Part shown: positions 21,519 through 32,601 of the stretch, piece by piece | Numbering within the stretch: the first letter of the stretch is position 1 | Layout: the number at the start of each line of letters is the position of its first letter | From: Paramoeba atlantica | Lineage: Eukaryota > Protista > Discosea | DNA: 64,000 bases | Direction of reading: 5' to 3' | Assembly (NCBI GenBank): GCA_977017575.1 | Contig: CDRNVI010000029.1 | Location: forward strand, 868,001-932,000 | Notes under the pieces: generated by a model | The model's input: the letters and a program-made list of their open reading frames with translations, nothing else | The model's database searches: none | What the model was told of the DNA's origin: nothing | Program-made: the position numbers and the translations under genes

Positions 21519-22226
21519 TTATGCCGTAGAGCTGGCTGTCGCAGTGGCTCCTATTGCACTTCTTTTCCGTAACATTTGTTGATACAACGTTTCCTCTAAA
21601 AGTAGCATTTCATGACGAAGCTCTTCTTTTTCGACTTGTAAATTATTGATAGCGTTCTTCGCAGTCTCCAAATCGTTTCGTAAACAAGCATTTTCTTCTT
21701 TGATCTTATCTATTTCCGCCGTCTGGGCTCCGCTATTACCAGTTAAGAGCTCGCTACTTTCTAATAAATTTGTGTCATTCTTCAGAGACAAAGATACTGT
21801 GATACTTTTTTCCGAAGAGTCAAAATTCTGATGTCCAGCAGCATATTCTTTCGAAGAAATACCGAAAGGATTTATCTCATCAGCGTCCTTGTGGCCCAAC
21901 TCTTGTCCTTCTGAGCCTTCTAGAAAGTGATCCTCCGAGATGCAGTACTGGTTCGAAACTGCTTCAATGGGAATGCGTTGGTGGGAGGTCATCGAAGGAT
22001 CCTTAACGCACGTAATAGAAATGGCACGTTCGATCGGAAGGATATTTTGGAGCCTGGCGATTTTGTATGTAGTGCAAGCATTACTCTTCCCGTAAGGTCC
22101 GCAATCGCGGTCTTGATACCGAACGAATTTATAGTTCTTTAAGCATTCTTGAACACGATTCGCTTTAGAATAGCGTACAAGAATGTCTTTGAGCGCTAAC
22201 ACTGAATTTACTTGTTGCAGGTCCAT
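21519..22226 (-). CDS. Hypothetical protein with C-terminal coiled coil
   Basis: Open frame (track start 22265 is TTG; first ATG 22226). Heptad-rich C-terminus EIDKIKEENACLRNDLETAKNAINNLQVEKEEL. Confidence 0.55.
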   Translation of the reverse strand: MDLQQVNSVLALKDILVRYSKANRVQECLKNYKFVRYQDRDCGPYGKSNACTTYKIARLQNILPIERAISITCVKDPSMTSHQRIPIEAVSNQYCISEDHFLEGSEGQELGHKDADEINPFGISSKEYAAGHQNFDSSEKSITVSLSLKNDTNLLESSELLTGNSGAQTAEIDKIKEENACLRNDLETAKNAINNLQVEKEELRHEMLLLEETLYQQMLRKRSAIGATATASSTA

Positions 22227-22624
22227 ATAAAGTAGTACCAATGATCCATATAATGTACTAAGCAAATGCGTGCATGTATTAAAAGTGGTCTAAAAATATT
22301 ACAAATTGGTGCATGTCGTTTTTTTATGTACTGGGAGACATTTTTCTGTGTAATATTATTCTGCGTTAATTGCGGGGGTTGTTTACAACTTCTCCATGCC
22401 TTATGGTGTCCGGGGTAGGGTGGATCGAGGAGGGTGAGAAAAGGGGGTCCAGACCCCCTCTATTCTTGTATTCTCGATTTGGGCGCAAATCGCTTTTAAA
22501 AACGTAGGTCTATGGATTCGAGCCCAGGTAGTCCGGTTGGTAAGATACACTGTTCATATTCTGGTGGTCCGAGCTTCGACTTCTGGTGGTTACATTTTCA
22601 GCCAGTCCCCTTGACCTTGAAGCG

Positions 22625-23300
22625 GTCGACTCCCCTGAATCTGAAAAGTACACAACCCTGGGCAAATGGGTTGCGTATCCGATACGAGACACCTTACGAA
22701 TTCATGTGAAGAGGTCAGAGATTTCTCTCGATTGGCTACGAACGAGTAGTGTCGAGAAGAAGGCCAAGTAAGCACCAGACTGTCAGCCTCCTCCTGATCT
22801 TACCCAGCGAATGGAGGATACTTGAGATGTACGCACTGTGGGTAACTGCGCGACTTCGTCAACTCTGATCCGGAGAGCAATGTTCTCAAGTCGCTGTATA
22901 ATGTCTCCATCGACATTGACATTTTGTTGCAGGGGCTCGTCCTTTTGACCAAGGCGCGAGAGGCAGGACTTCTTTTTTTTCAAAGACGCCTAAAAGTCGG
23001 ATGGACATGATGGAGTTTTTGAAGAAGTATTCTAGTGGGTTATGCGACCATAGCAAACGGGATCGAGAGGTTGTTATTCAGTGGTTGAAGACAATTTGTC
23101 GTGGTCTACGTGCCGATAATATTGAATACGGCAGAGTGCGCCGTGATCGCAGTAAGAATATTAGGGTAGAAGTTCAAGAAACTTGCAGCCGCACTGACGA
23201 GATTCTTGTTGAATTCAAGAAGGTGCAGAGAGGGGTCGGGGAATTGCCGGATGAAGTCCTTGTTCTAAGGAAAAAGGTTTCTTCACCTAGAAATCTATCT
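22625..23300 (+). repeat. Degraded copy of an unclassified coding repeat (ORF-A + ORF-B)
   Basis: 22625-22988 aligns by eye to the reverse complement of 61845-62216 (DSPESEKY/DSPDSEKY, DLTQRMED). About 23168-23300 aligns to 60350-60485 (CSRTDEILVEFKKVQR). This copy has stops and indels. Confidence 0.8.
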
Positions 23301-24404
23301 CTATATTTCCACTACCCAAATGAGCGTAACCTGCCGAATTGGTGGTTCACGGATAGGCTCTTACGGTATTAACACATTGAAGGATGTCACTGAGTTTATC
23401 ATGGAACTGACGGTACCATGGGAAGAATCCTCGGACGGGGCGCAAAGCGAAACAAGTTAATAATAAAATAATAAAATAAATAATAATAAGATTTTCCACC
23501 GGCGAAGGCAAACGAACCCGAAGTGCCGGTGAAAGTCAAGCATTATTTCACAAAATAATACTTTTTTTGATGTGCTCATTTGATCATATTTATAAGTGTT
23601 TTTTATGTTAATTTTCGCATGTTGTCCCCCCCGTTTAAACGCATCACGTTTTCCGTGAAAAGTGCGCTTAAAAGGGGGGTCTGAATCGGCACGTAAAAAA
23701 AATTTGGCGCCGCTTCGCGGCGCCGGAGTATGCATTTCGACTCCATATGCTCTTAAACGGGGAGGTCTGACCGGGTGCGCTTAAGGAGAGGGGGGACAGT
23801 ATATCTGCACTATCCTCGATGGATTGATCGTCTTGCTCCGATTTCGAATGGATCGATAGTTTTAGCTGTAGTGTACTCGCCCGCGCGCCGGAAAATGATG
23901 TTATCGAGTGGTTGAAAGGCCACTTGCGTTGAATCTGTCACCGGAGTACACTCTCAGACTGCCGAGCACATGAATGGAATACTAAAAAAATACGCATGCG
24001 TGATAACGGCACACTTGGTGGTGGAGAAGAAGCGCGAGACAGCCGGCTGAAGTTTGCCGGAGACGCTGTAAATGGTAAACCTAAAAGAGGAGAACAAAAC
24101 GGTCCTGCTCTCCGTCGCCTGTTTCAAGACGTGAATTGGTATTGCGAGGACGTGGAAATCGTTCTAGAATAGTTTAAGTGAAAGTAATATAAGTGTAAGA
24201 TGCTATAACATTATTATACCGCAATATTATACAAAATAATGTTCTGCATTTATGAGATTAGTACTATACGGACGAATACGCGTCATGTACATGATCTTTT
24301 TGACGAAAAATCATTTCATTTTGGCGAAAGGAAAATATAGAGTATCCATAAAACATCCTCTCCCTAGAGTGCATGCGTGTACATCTTCGAGGGGCTAACG
24401 AGCG

Positions 24405-26369
24405 TCATTCGGGTACCACCAGTGTACCGCCATCCCGCCATTTAGTCCATGCGTTAACATATTCTAGAACTTCACTATATTGCACCACGCTAATTTTCTT
24501 TTTTAGCCGCTTTAATCCGCATACCACGTCGACATAATTACGACACTGCAAATAATCGAACAGCCCAGAATCCATTGCTGGAGGGGCGCTCCCATGTATT
24601 TCACAGAATACTGCGAAGTACTTGTCCGCAGGAACTCTGTAGGAGAACGTGTGTGCAGCTGCTGAGCTCTGCTCCGGCAATATAGTAATACAGCTGTCCG
24701 GCTTTGCTAGTGGAGTCTCCATACTGATACTTACATTTGATAGTGACGATTGCCCAAGCTGAGACTTTACTGCTTCTTCACAATTTTTTGAAATGGGGCT
24801 TCTTCTTTCGACATCAATTACAGAGACTTCTTTCCCCTCAACGTCGTTAATCCTCGATTTTAGCTTCTTTATCGCATTATTCGTATGAAAAGGCGAAATA
24901 TGGAGCTTAGGCCGATAAAGACTTCGAAGCGAGCCTTGGGCTTTCATCGCTTCCCTATTGCGCTTCGACAGGGTAGCAACTAAACCGAGTCCCCGAAGAT
25001 CGCCAATGTCACACGAAAGATTTTTATAAAGCGCGAGCGCTGTGTTCAGCATAGCAGTTACCTCACTTGTTGAAGGAACTATTGACATGCTTTGCGCAAG
25101 ATCCACACACCATCCATGGCCTCCGTGTTTTTTAGGTTCCTGTGGAGCCTCTGGATGTCTCTTCTTCACTTTAAGAGTCAACTTCGAGACTTGCGCAGAG
25201 AGGAGCTCAAGCTTGATGCGCAATTGCTCAGAAAGCTCACGTAATAGACCTGAAAGATCGTCAAATGATTGCGGCCGGACACCGTAGTTCATCGAGCAAC
25301 TCACTGATTTGGGCATCAAACTCGTGACCTGCATACCAGAAGAATATGTGGGAATAACTTTTCGAATACACATCCCTTGAGAGGTGCGTTGCAGCGACGC
25401 GCCTTGAACGGGACCGAACTCACTTTGCAGGATTGCAAGAGGTGTGCTTCGCAGCTGCGCGCACGTATTTATGCCATGGTTTTCCAGACGTTTGGCCGTG
25501 ATCCGACCGATTCCGTAAATCATGTGCAATTCTTGGGAATCAAGAAATTCCCTAATAAGTTCAGACGAAAATAAACTTTTTTGCCCATTTGGTTTTGCGA
25601 CTTGCGTGCACATGCGAGCCAACAGTACATTGGGAGCAATACCTGCGGAAAGCGTACAGCGCGTTTCCTCGAACACCCTTTGTCGAATATTTAACACAAA
25701 ACGATCTACTTGATCAATCACTGAGCTCCCATCATCAGTCTCAACAGGAAAATTGTCAAACGCGACTAAAAAGTCATCGACAGCCAGTATTTCTAGGGAG
25801 GAACGCAGAAATCCCACTTTTCTGGTTTGAAGTGCAGCATCATTCATTTCACGAGTAAGCTTTGCCAGCTCTTGGAGAACGATGTGATATACGTTCTTCA
25901 TAGTCGCTACGTATGCAGAAAAATCATAGTGTACTAGTTGAAGCTCTGGACAAACTTGTCTAGCCCTGGAAAGCAGCATTCCGCCCCGTACCCCTCGTTC
26001 TCGAGCAGGATAATTGCAGGACGAAACTTCCCCGTAAGAACCTCCGTGCCCAACCGCAATGGGAATCAACTGCAAATCTTCACGATCACGCACTGCTACG
26101 GATGCGAAAAAGCTATCCATATCAAAGTGAACAGCAATTCGGCGATCAACTGGTGGAATATTACCTAACGGAGGCACTGCATCTGTTGCGACTGCAAACA
26201 AGTTCTTACTGGAATTTTTGCAATTTCCGTCAAATTCAATGACTGCCCCCGCAATGCTGTTCTCAACGCCTTGCTCTTGAAATAGATCTCGAAGTATTTG
26301 CATGGACCGATATTTCCAATCCCCAATGAAATGCAGACGGCTGTTCGAATAAAAATCCAGGACGTGCAT
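24405..26369 (-). CDS. REV1: Y-family translesion polymerase / deoxycytidyl transferase REV1
   Basis: FYSNSRLHFIGDWK (N-digit), HFDMDSFFASV, SSCNYPARERGV, SAGIAPNVLLARMCTQVAKPNGQ, KSVSCSMNYGVR. Confidence 0.9.
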   Translation of the reverse strand: MHVLDFYSNSRLHFIGDWKYRSMQILRDLFQEQGVENSIAGAVIEFDGNCKNSSKNLFAVATDAVPPLGNIPPVDRRIAVHFDMDSFFASVAVRDREDLQLIPIAVGHGGSYGEVSSCNYPARERGVRGGMLLSRARQVCPELQLVHYDFSAYVATMKNVYHIVLQELAKLTREMNDAALQTRKVGFLRSSLEILAVDDFLVAFDNFPVETDDGSSVIDQVDRFVLNIRQRVFEETRCTLSAGIAPNVLLARMCTQVAKPNGQKSLFSSELIREFLDSQELHMIYGIGRITAKRLENHGINTCAQLRSTPLAILQSEFGPVQGASLQRTSQGMCIRKVIPTYSSGMQVTSLMPKSVSCSMNYGVRPQSFDDLSGLLRELSEQLRIKLELLSAQVSKLTLKVKKRHPEAPQEPKKHGGHGWCVDLAQSMSIVPSTSEVTAMLNTALALYKNLSCDIGDLRGLGLVATLSKRNREAMKAQGSLRSLYRPKLHISPFHTNNAIKKLKSRINDVEGKEVSVIDVERRSPISKNCEEAVKSQLGQSSLSNVSISMETPLAKPDSCITILPEQSSAAAHTFSYRVPADKYFAVFCEIHGSAPPAMDSGLFDYLQCRNYVDVVCGLKRLKKKISVVQYSEVLEYVNAWTKWRDGGTLVVPE

Positions 26370-27586
26370 CCCTCTCTTAAGTTTTCTTTACATTGTCGAG
26401 CGCATTTTCAAATTCTCAATTTTTTTTCTATTCTATATTTTTTAGCTACGGTACCCTCCACTTATTAAGTGGGGGGTACAATTAAGTCTTAATTGCCTCC
26501 CCTATTTACTGTGCCCCCCCCCACTTATAGTGCCGCGGTTTTCGACCAAACGGCACTTTAAGTGGGGGGGTAGTATGTTTCAGATCGAGGGTGAAAATTT
26601 TTTCAACTTCAAAAAAAAACGTCGTAGAATGGTAGCTGAGGTCCAAAGCTCTTAAAATACGTTTTAGGAGTCGATTTTGTAAAATAATATTTTTACTTTC
26701 TTTTGGGTAAAAAAAAAAAATTTTTGGTCACCACAAAAATTTCGGAAATTTTGACCTTTTCGGACCCCTCCCGCGCGTACCAGGTGGGGTGGAAAATTAT
26801 CGCCGCGGCATACTCTACCACTTCCCTGCGCTCGATTTTGAAAAGCGAAAAATTCGAAAAAAAAAAGCGACGTATGCCCCCCCCCTGGACCCCCCACTTT
26901 TTTCAATTTTTTTTTCAATTTTGGACCACCGGAGCCCCCTTTTATATTTTTTTCTTCTATTGTATTACTGTGTTCCTCTTTGTATTTTCACTGTTTTTGT
27001 TCACCTTTTTTTCAATAATCGAGGGTAGAGCGGTAGTTATACAACCACCGCAATAAAGATGCCCTACACCCCCGCCGAAAAAGTATTGTAATTTATTAGA
27101 GGGGTGAAACCTGCAGAAACGTCAGTTGAGCGAACACAGGCGAACACGCTACTCCTAAGCCATTTCAATGGGAAAAAATACTTAGTCAAATTTGAGATTT
27201 GTATTGCGAATTCCATAGCTTGGACTAGTAAACTAGTAATTACTAAAAGTAGTAAACAGGCTAGTAATTACTACTAGTAATTACTAAAGTTGCTACTTTT
27301 TTGGTCACGTACTTTTGATCAGATTTAGGTAACATGTTAAGCTTTGGAAGAGCTCTACTTTACAGAAACGGTATCTTTATCGGTGTGGAGACTGAATATC
27401 ACCATCCTCCATTCATTTGAATATCTCAATATGTGTATTTGTAAACACAGGAAATGACCCACGCGTTCTTCAATGTGCCAGAAAAGAATCTCATTATGAA
27501 ATGCATAGATCGTCGTCCAAAATTTAAAACTGCTTCAGATCAGCTCAAATATATATTTATATTTTCACCCCCCGCTCCCACCCCAG

Positions 27587-28744
27587 TTAGCGCACCCCGC
27601 GACGGTACCAATCCTGTACAGCCGCTTGCACTATCTGGGCATTGTCCTTCTGGATGGCTACTCCCATAGCCATCAGAAGGTGAGAGAGAAATCCGGCCCT
27701 GTCGGACGTGTGTGCTCTGGCCACCCTATTGAGAAAATTGAGTGTCTCTGGGCCAGGCACCCCATAGGTGGTGAAGGCCAGGGGGAAAAAATCCATCCCT
27801 CTGGCGGCCGCCATCTCGTCATGGGCGCGGCGCTTGTTGCCTTCCGCCATCCTCAGTGTATAAGAGGGATGGGTGGCCTCCTTGTCTACGTAAGACGGGG
27901 CCAGTGGGTTGACCACGGTGACGTCCACAAGGGCGAGCTTCCGGCCCAGTTGGAAGCATACAGGGGGGTAAATCAGATGCTGCGGGGGGTCTAAAAATTG
28001 CAAAACCCTTCAAATTTTGGAAAATGATAGCGCATTCGAGAGCTCTCGCAGAGTTCTATGTTTTTGCGCTATTTTTACCCCAAAAGAAAGCAATTTTGTT
28101 TATGGCATTTTTTTAAAGTTTTTTTGCCCCTCTAAAATTTGCAGTTTTTCCCAAATTCGACATAGTAGTAGAAAAAAAAGGAGCAAGTTGTAATTATTAG
28201 TCGTCTAAAACCGTTCTCACAATTTTTGCATTTTGACGTTTTTGGGCTTCTTGTCAGTTGAACACCCCCCTATACCCCGGGAAACTGCCTTTTCTAAAAC
28301 ATAGAACTCTTCGAGAGCTCTCGAATACGCTATCATTTTCCAAAATTGGAAAGGTTTTGCAATTTTTAGACCCCCCGCAGCATCTAATTTACCCCCCTGT
28401 ATGTCAGGGCCTCGACCGTTGTCGAAACTGGGTTCGCAAAGGTCTGGGGAGAAACCATAGTTGATTAGGAGGTTTCGGAAGGTTTCCTTTACTACTTTAT
28501 GTCGAGAGGCTTGGGTCTTGCCCCTGACCTTCTTGCAGTCCAGCGCGTGGACGCAAAAATCCTCGTTCCTGAGGGTGGCGCCGCACACGCACTGTAGTTC
28601 AGGTTCGGAGGTCGGGGAGACCAAGTACCGAAGGCGGGCCGCTGTTTCCCGCTCGGGGTCCCGCATGTAGTATTCCGGCCTGTTCGGCCACGCATTCATC
28701 CATTTGGTAGAGTGGATCTTTTGAATCTGTCTCATACAGACCAA
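27587..28744 (-). pseudogene. CRE C-terminal zinc finger and REL endonuclease, split by a MITE
   Basis: KWMNAWP, CVCG...HALDC, RHKVV. Removing the MITE restores GRGPDICFQLGRKLALVDVTVVNP...AEGNKRR...FFPLAFTTYG. Confidence 0.85.
27961..28399. mobile_element. 439-bp MITE, Tc1/mariner type
   Basis: About 100-bp imperfect TIRs starting CAGGGGGGTAAAT. TA duplication at 27959-27960 and 28400-28401. Removal restores the host reading frame. Confidence 0.92.
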
Positions 28745-28794
28745 GTGCGTGGCCGAGGGGGCCTTCTGGATGGCCTCCTCACAGAAGCTGCGTC

Positions 28795-30213
28795 TCAGCT
28801 CCTTGGCTGGCGTACCTGAGTGAATCCTTGGAGGGCGTTTTTGGCTTTGCCTTGCATGTCCTCACCTTTGTGCTCGAAAGGAATGGTCCCTAGGAAGTCC
28901 GCCGTAAAAAGGGGATTTGAGAACGGCGACTTTCCAAGGGGGCCCATCCCTCCGAGTAAGGCTTCAGAGCACGCCTTGATGGCACAGTCAATTTGTTTAT
29001 TGGCCATCTTGGTGACCGGGGGTTCGTGCGTCCGCATAATATAATTCCAGCGCGGGCTGCCGCATAGCCGCAGGAGGGGTAGGGTGCATTGCCTGGGGAG
29101 ATCCTTCAGTTTCCCCAGGAAGGAGGCCACCTTGGGTACCTTGGAGAGCACCCATTCCTCCTCAACCGACTCCGAAGCTCCAATGTAAGCTCCAAGGAGC
29201 TTAACCCCGCCCGGGGAGTGCACCATTCTGGTACCTTTGAAAGCCAAGTATAGGTCATCCCCGCGGGTGGCGACCTTACTCTTGGCAGCGTTGAGCTTCA
29301 AACCAAGGAATTTGATTTCTCCTTGGAGGGCATCGAGGGCCTCCCCGCACACCTTGGGCTCCCCAGCGAGGGTGACGTCATCGAGATAAGCCCATAATTT
29401 CAAGGAGCTGGGGAATTTGGCCGCCACTCGAGAGATGGCCCCCTGTATCCCGATCGCGAACAGGATAGGGGAGAGCGGGTCTCCCTGTTTGACCCCCCTG
29501 GTGCTCATGAGGACATTGCCCTCGCCCAGATGAAGAGCGCTGGGTTTACCGTATCCGAAAAGGGTAATGCCCTCGAGGGGGAGAAGTTTGGGGTTCCCCC
29601 GTATGGCCCTGAAGATGGCTGACCTCGAGATGCTGTTAAAGGCATTCTCGAGGTCCGCCGCGACGATAACCTCGTCGGGCCTGTCTCGGAAGTGATCGCG
29701 CACCTCGTACACGATGTGTTCACACCCTTGGGTGTATTGGGCCCCGAATTGGAGCCCTTGGAAGACCGTTGGGAGGTGTTCGCGCACCCTTTCAAGGGCG
29801 AGGAGTCCCGCCAGCTTCAGGAATACTTCGCCCATGGCAATTGGTCGATAGGTCGAGTGATGCCCCGCGGGGGCACCCGGTTTGGAAAACAGTTTAAGGG
29901 TGGCCCCCGTTAGTATCTCCCTCATGGAGTTAGGGAGGATGTTCGTAATGATACCGTGGACAATCCACGTCACACATTCCCGGGGATCATCCTCCATAAG
30001 CGCCGGGGCCAGTAGCTCCTTGGTCCACCCGGACGGTCCCGGGGCACGGAGCGGAGCCAAGCCTCGGACCTTCCGGGCCACATCCGCCGGGGACGGGAGC
30101 GCCCCGTGGACGTCTTGGTCGTAGCGATACAGGCCGGAGGTATATGGGCCCCCGGTCGGATGGAGGCGTCTTGCTTGGTCTAAGGCCGCGGAGGGGTTAG
30201 CGGGGGGATACAA
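28795..30213 (-). pseudogene. CRE reverse transcriptase domain
   Basis: APGPSGW, YRPIAMGE, LQFGA, ADLENAFNSISR, GVKQGDPLSPILF, AYLDDV, GLKLNAAKS, KLLGAYIG. Joined to neighbouring segments by frameshifts. Confidence 0.9.
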
Positions 30214-31448
30214 AGGGGCTTCGAGGAGAAAGCGCCCGCTCTAACCAGTTCCTCAGCGAGCTTGAGCGCCGCGGTGGGTGAACCGTTAGCTTGAATAGGC
30301 GTGGGGGACATGCTCTCTGACCCCTCGAGGAAGGCGCGCTGGCGCAGTTCCCTGGCCATTTGCTTCTGAGAGAGCTTCTCCTCCGGGAAGAACAGGAAGC
30401 GTTTTACCGAGAGAATGAGGTTCCAGGCGGTCACAATCTTCTGGTAAGGGGATTTAGATGGGAACCTGCGGCAAACGTGAGCTAAGTGTTCTCTCCACGC
30501 AGGGGTCTGGACTGCATAAAGTTTGCGCAAAGAGCCCCTCCCCAACAGTTCCGCCAGGTTTTCGGGGGACGGGGCGTGGTCGGTTCCTTCTATATATGCG
30601 CTCTGTGTGCATGGGGGCGTAACGGACACAGGTTCGGGCGGGGTTCCGGCCGTGTGTGCGGGCTCCGGCTGGAGGGGGCCGGCCGTAATGGCCGCCGCCA
30701 CGATCCCTTCGAGGATCGTCCCGCTGACGAGCGGGGTGGGCTCCCCCATATGGACCGGCGCGAGGCTGCCATCCTCGGAGTGTTGCTCTCCGGCGTGCTG
30801 GTTGCCCTCCCCCTGACGAGGGAAGTTGGGTTCAGAACCTTTCGGGAGGTTACCGGCCTTTGCGGGAATGCTGCGAGGTTGCGGGGGGGCCCTAGCATTA
30901 GGAGGGGATGTTACGTAAGGGCCTGAAGGGAGGCTGCGCGCGACAGACCGAGTATTGCGAGTCTTGCGGTGAGGTCCCGGGTTAGCCTCGATGCACCCCC
31001 GTCTCAGGTTGCATCGCACCAGTTCCGCCCACCACCCCGAGTCGGCGATTAAACCCTCGGAAGGGAGGAAATACCAGTATACGGACCCGTCTTCTGCCTC
31101 AAAAGGGGTCCATGCACATGCGAAGTCGTGAGCTAGTGCCAACGTGTGGCAAAGAAAGAAGGGAATATTTTCTGCGGGGAGGGGGGCTTTCGTGTTGATG
31201 CATGAGCCGTGTGTTGTTCCGTCGAACACCCTGATATGGTGTCCGTGTGGCGAATCGTTGAAAGGTACGAGCAGGGTGGCCCAAATACTGGGCGAGGCGC
31301 CCACGTCCTCGTCTGTCTCCAGGTAGGGGCCTCCCTGGTCGCTGGTTAGGCATACGCGGTCCGACGGGACCCCTAGCGTGAGGCCGACTGTGTGGGCTAA
31401 GCCTTGGAGTGGGCATCCGGGTGGGACCAGAACCATGATGTGCCCCAT
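30180..31448 (-). pseudogene. CRE polyprotein middle segment
   Basis: 422-aa frame ending ELVRAG, which shifts into the LYPP...RRLHP start of the RT segment. Confidence 0.7.
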
Positions 31449-31459
31449 AGCGAGGGGTC

Positions 31460-32278
31460 CTAGGTGTAGGTTAACCTTGGTCCAGACCTCCTCATGGAGT
31501 TCCAGAGGGGGAGGGGGGGCGTCCCCTGTGGGCCGTGCGCTCCCCCCGACGGGTGGCGAAATCGAGGGGCGTCAGCCATAGGGGGCGGCGGAGAGTCTAC
31601 TTCAATGTGCCCACTCGCCGGGGTTGTCGGGGCCCTGTTTAATAAGGCGATGCGCTGCAGTTCCCCGAGCCACACGTTGTGGAGTTCGGAGGCTGAGGCC
31701 CACTGGAGGTCTGAGATATCTGAAGCTCCCCACCGGTGTTCCTTGAGAAGGTGGGCGGCGGTCGCGCGGACAGCGGCCTGTTCGTGGACGAGCTTATGTT
31801 CCGCCAGCTTCCGCTGATCGAGGAAGACTCGCCCACAAGTATGACAAAGATGTGCTCGATCCTCGACCAGTTTGCGTTCCCTATGCTCCTGCCTCGCATC
31901 CTGGCAGAGTAGGGCGAGCCACTCTGAGATGATGTCGTCCCGCGCCCTCGCGAAGTCGGCCTCCAGAGCTCGGGCAGCGCTCGCTAGACGATGCTCTTCG
32001 ACTTCGTGTCTGAGGTCCGAGGACACTCCATCCTTGCGTCCCCTATTGAAGAGAGCCCCCATAATTTCGGCATTCTTAGATGCTATGATCGCAAGTTGGT
32101 CCTGGAGCGGGGGTGCTTTGCCAGTTACGGTGCCGGAGGGGGGTTCTGTACCTTGGGTTGATAGGCGCGGAGGGATGGGTGAGAGCAATCTGGCCTTGTC
32201 CGCGTAAGAGTGGGTCAAATGGGTGGGCGTCGGCCGAGGGGCGAAGGAGACCCGGGATCTCAATACTGTTCTCAACAT
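31460..32278 (-). pseudogene. CRE N-terminal segment with C2H2 zinc finger
   Basis: CHTCGRVFLDQRKLAEHKLVH. Same GC-rich composition as the RT segment. Confidence 0.7.
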
Positions 32279-32601
32279 TAATATCTCAATATTAATGTGT
32301 GCTACAAAACATACTCCAAAACGTACGCTCGGATAAATAAACTGATATCAATTTTTAAACTTAGTTCACATGGGGGAAAACAAAGCGATTGAATAGAGCC
32401 CACAGAAAAAATCCACATGAAAACAGAAGCAAAACTCGTAAGCACAATCGAGCACATAATTTAAATTTCTCCAGCTCCGAAAATGACATGCTCGCCCAAG
32501 TTCAAAGTCCGTCCTGCATATCTCGCACAATGATGCAAAAAGAAAAAATGATGATAACTCAAAATCGAGGGTTCGCCCAAGTTCGAAATCCTTCGTACAG
32601 T

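Larger units (their letters stand above)
27560..32292 (-). mobile_element. CRE-clade (SLACS/CZAR/CRE-like) non-LTR retrotransposon, inactivated; boundaries approximate
   Basis: GC-rich block encoding, in order, a C2H2 finger, RT, a CCHC-like region and a restriction-enzyme-like endonuclease. At least 3 frameshifts and a MITE insertion. Confidence 0.85.

Noticed and set aside
22500-22570. GGATTCGAGCCC, tRNA T-loop/B-box-like on the minus strand
   Set aside because: The T-stem does not pair and no cloverleaf or A-box can be built.
23820-24170. Weak similarity (DVIEWLK versus VVIQWLK) to ORF-B of the unclassified repeat
   Set aside because: Too short to support homology by eye.
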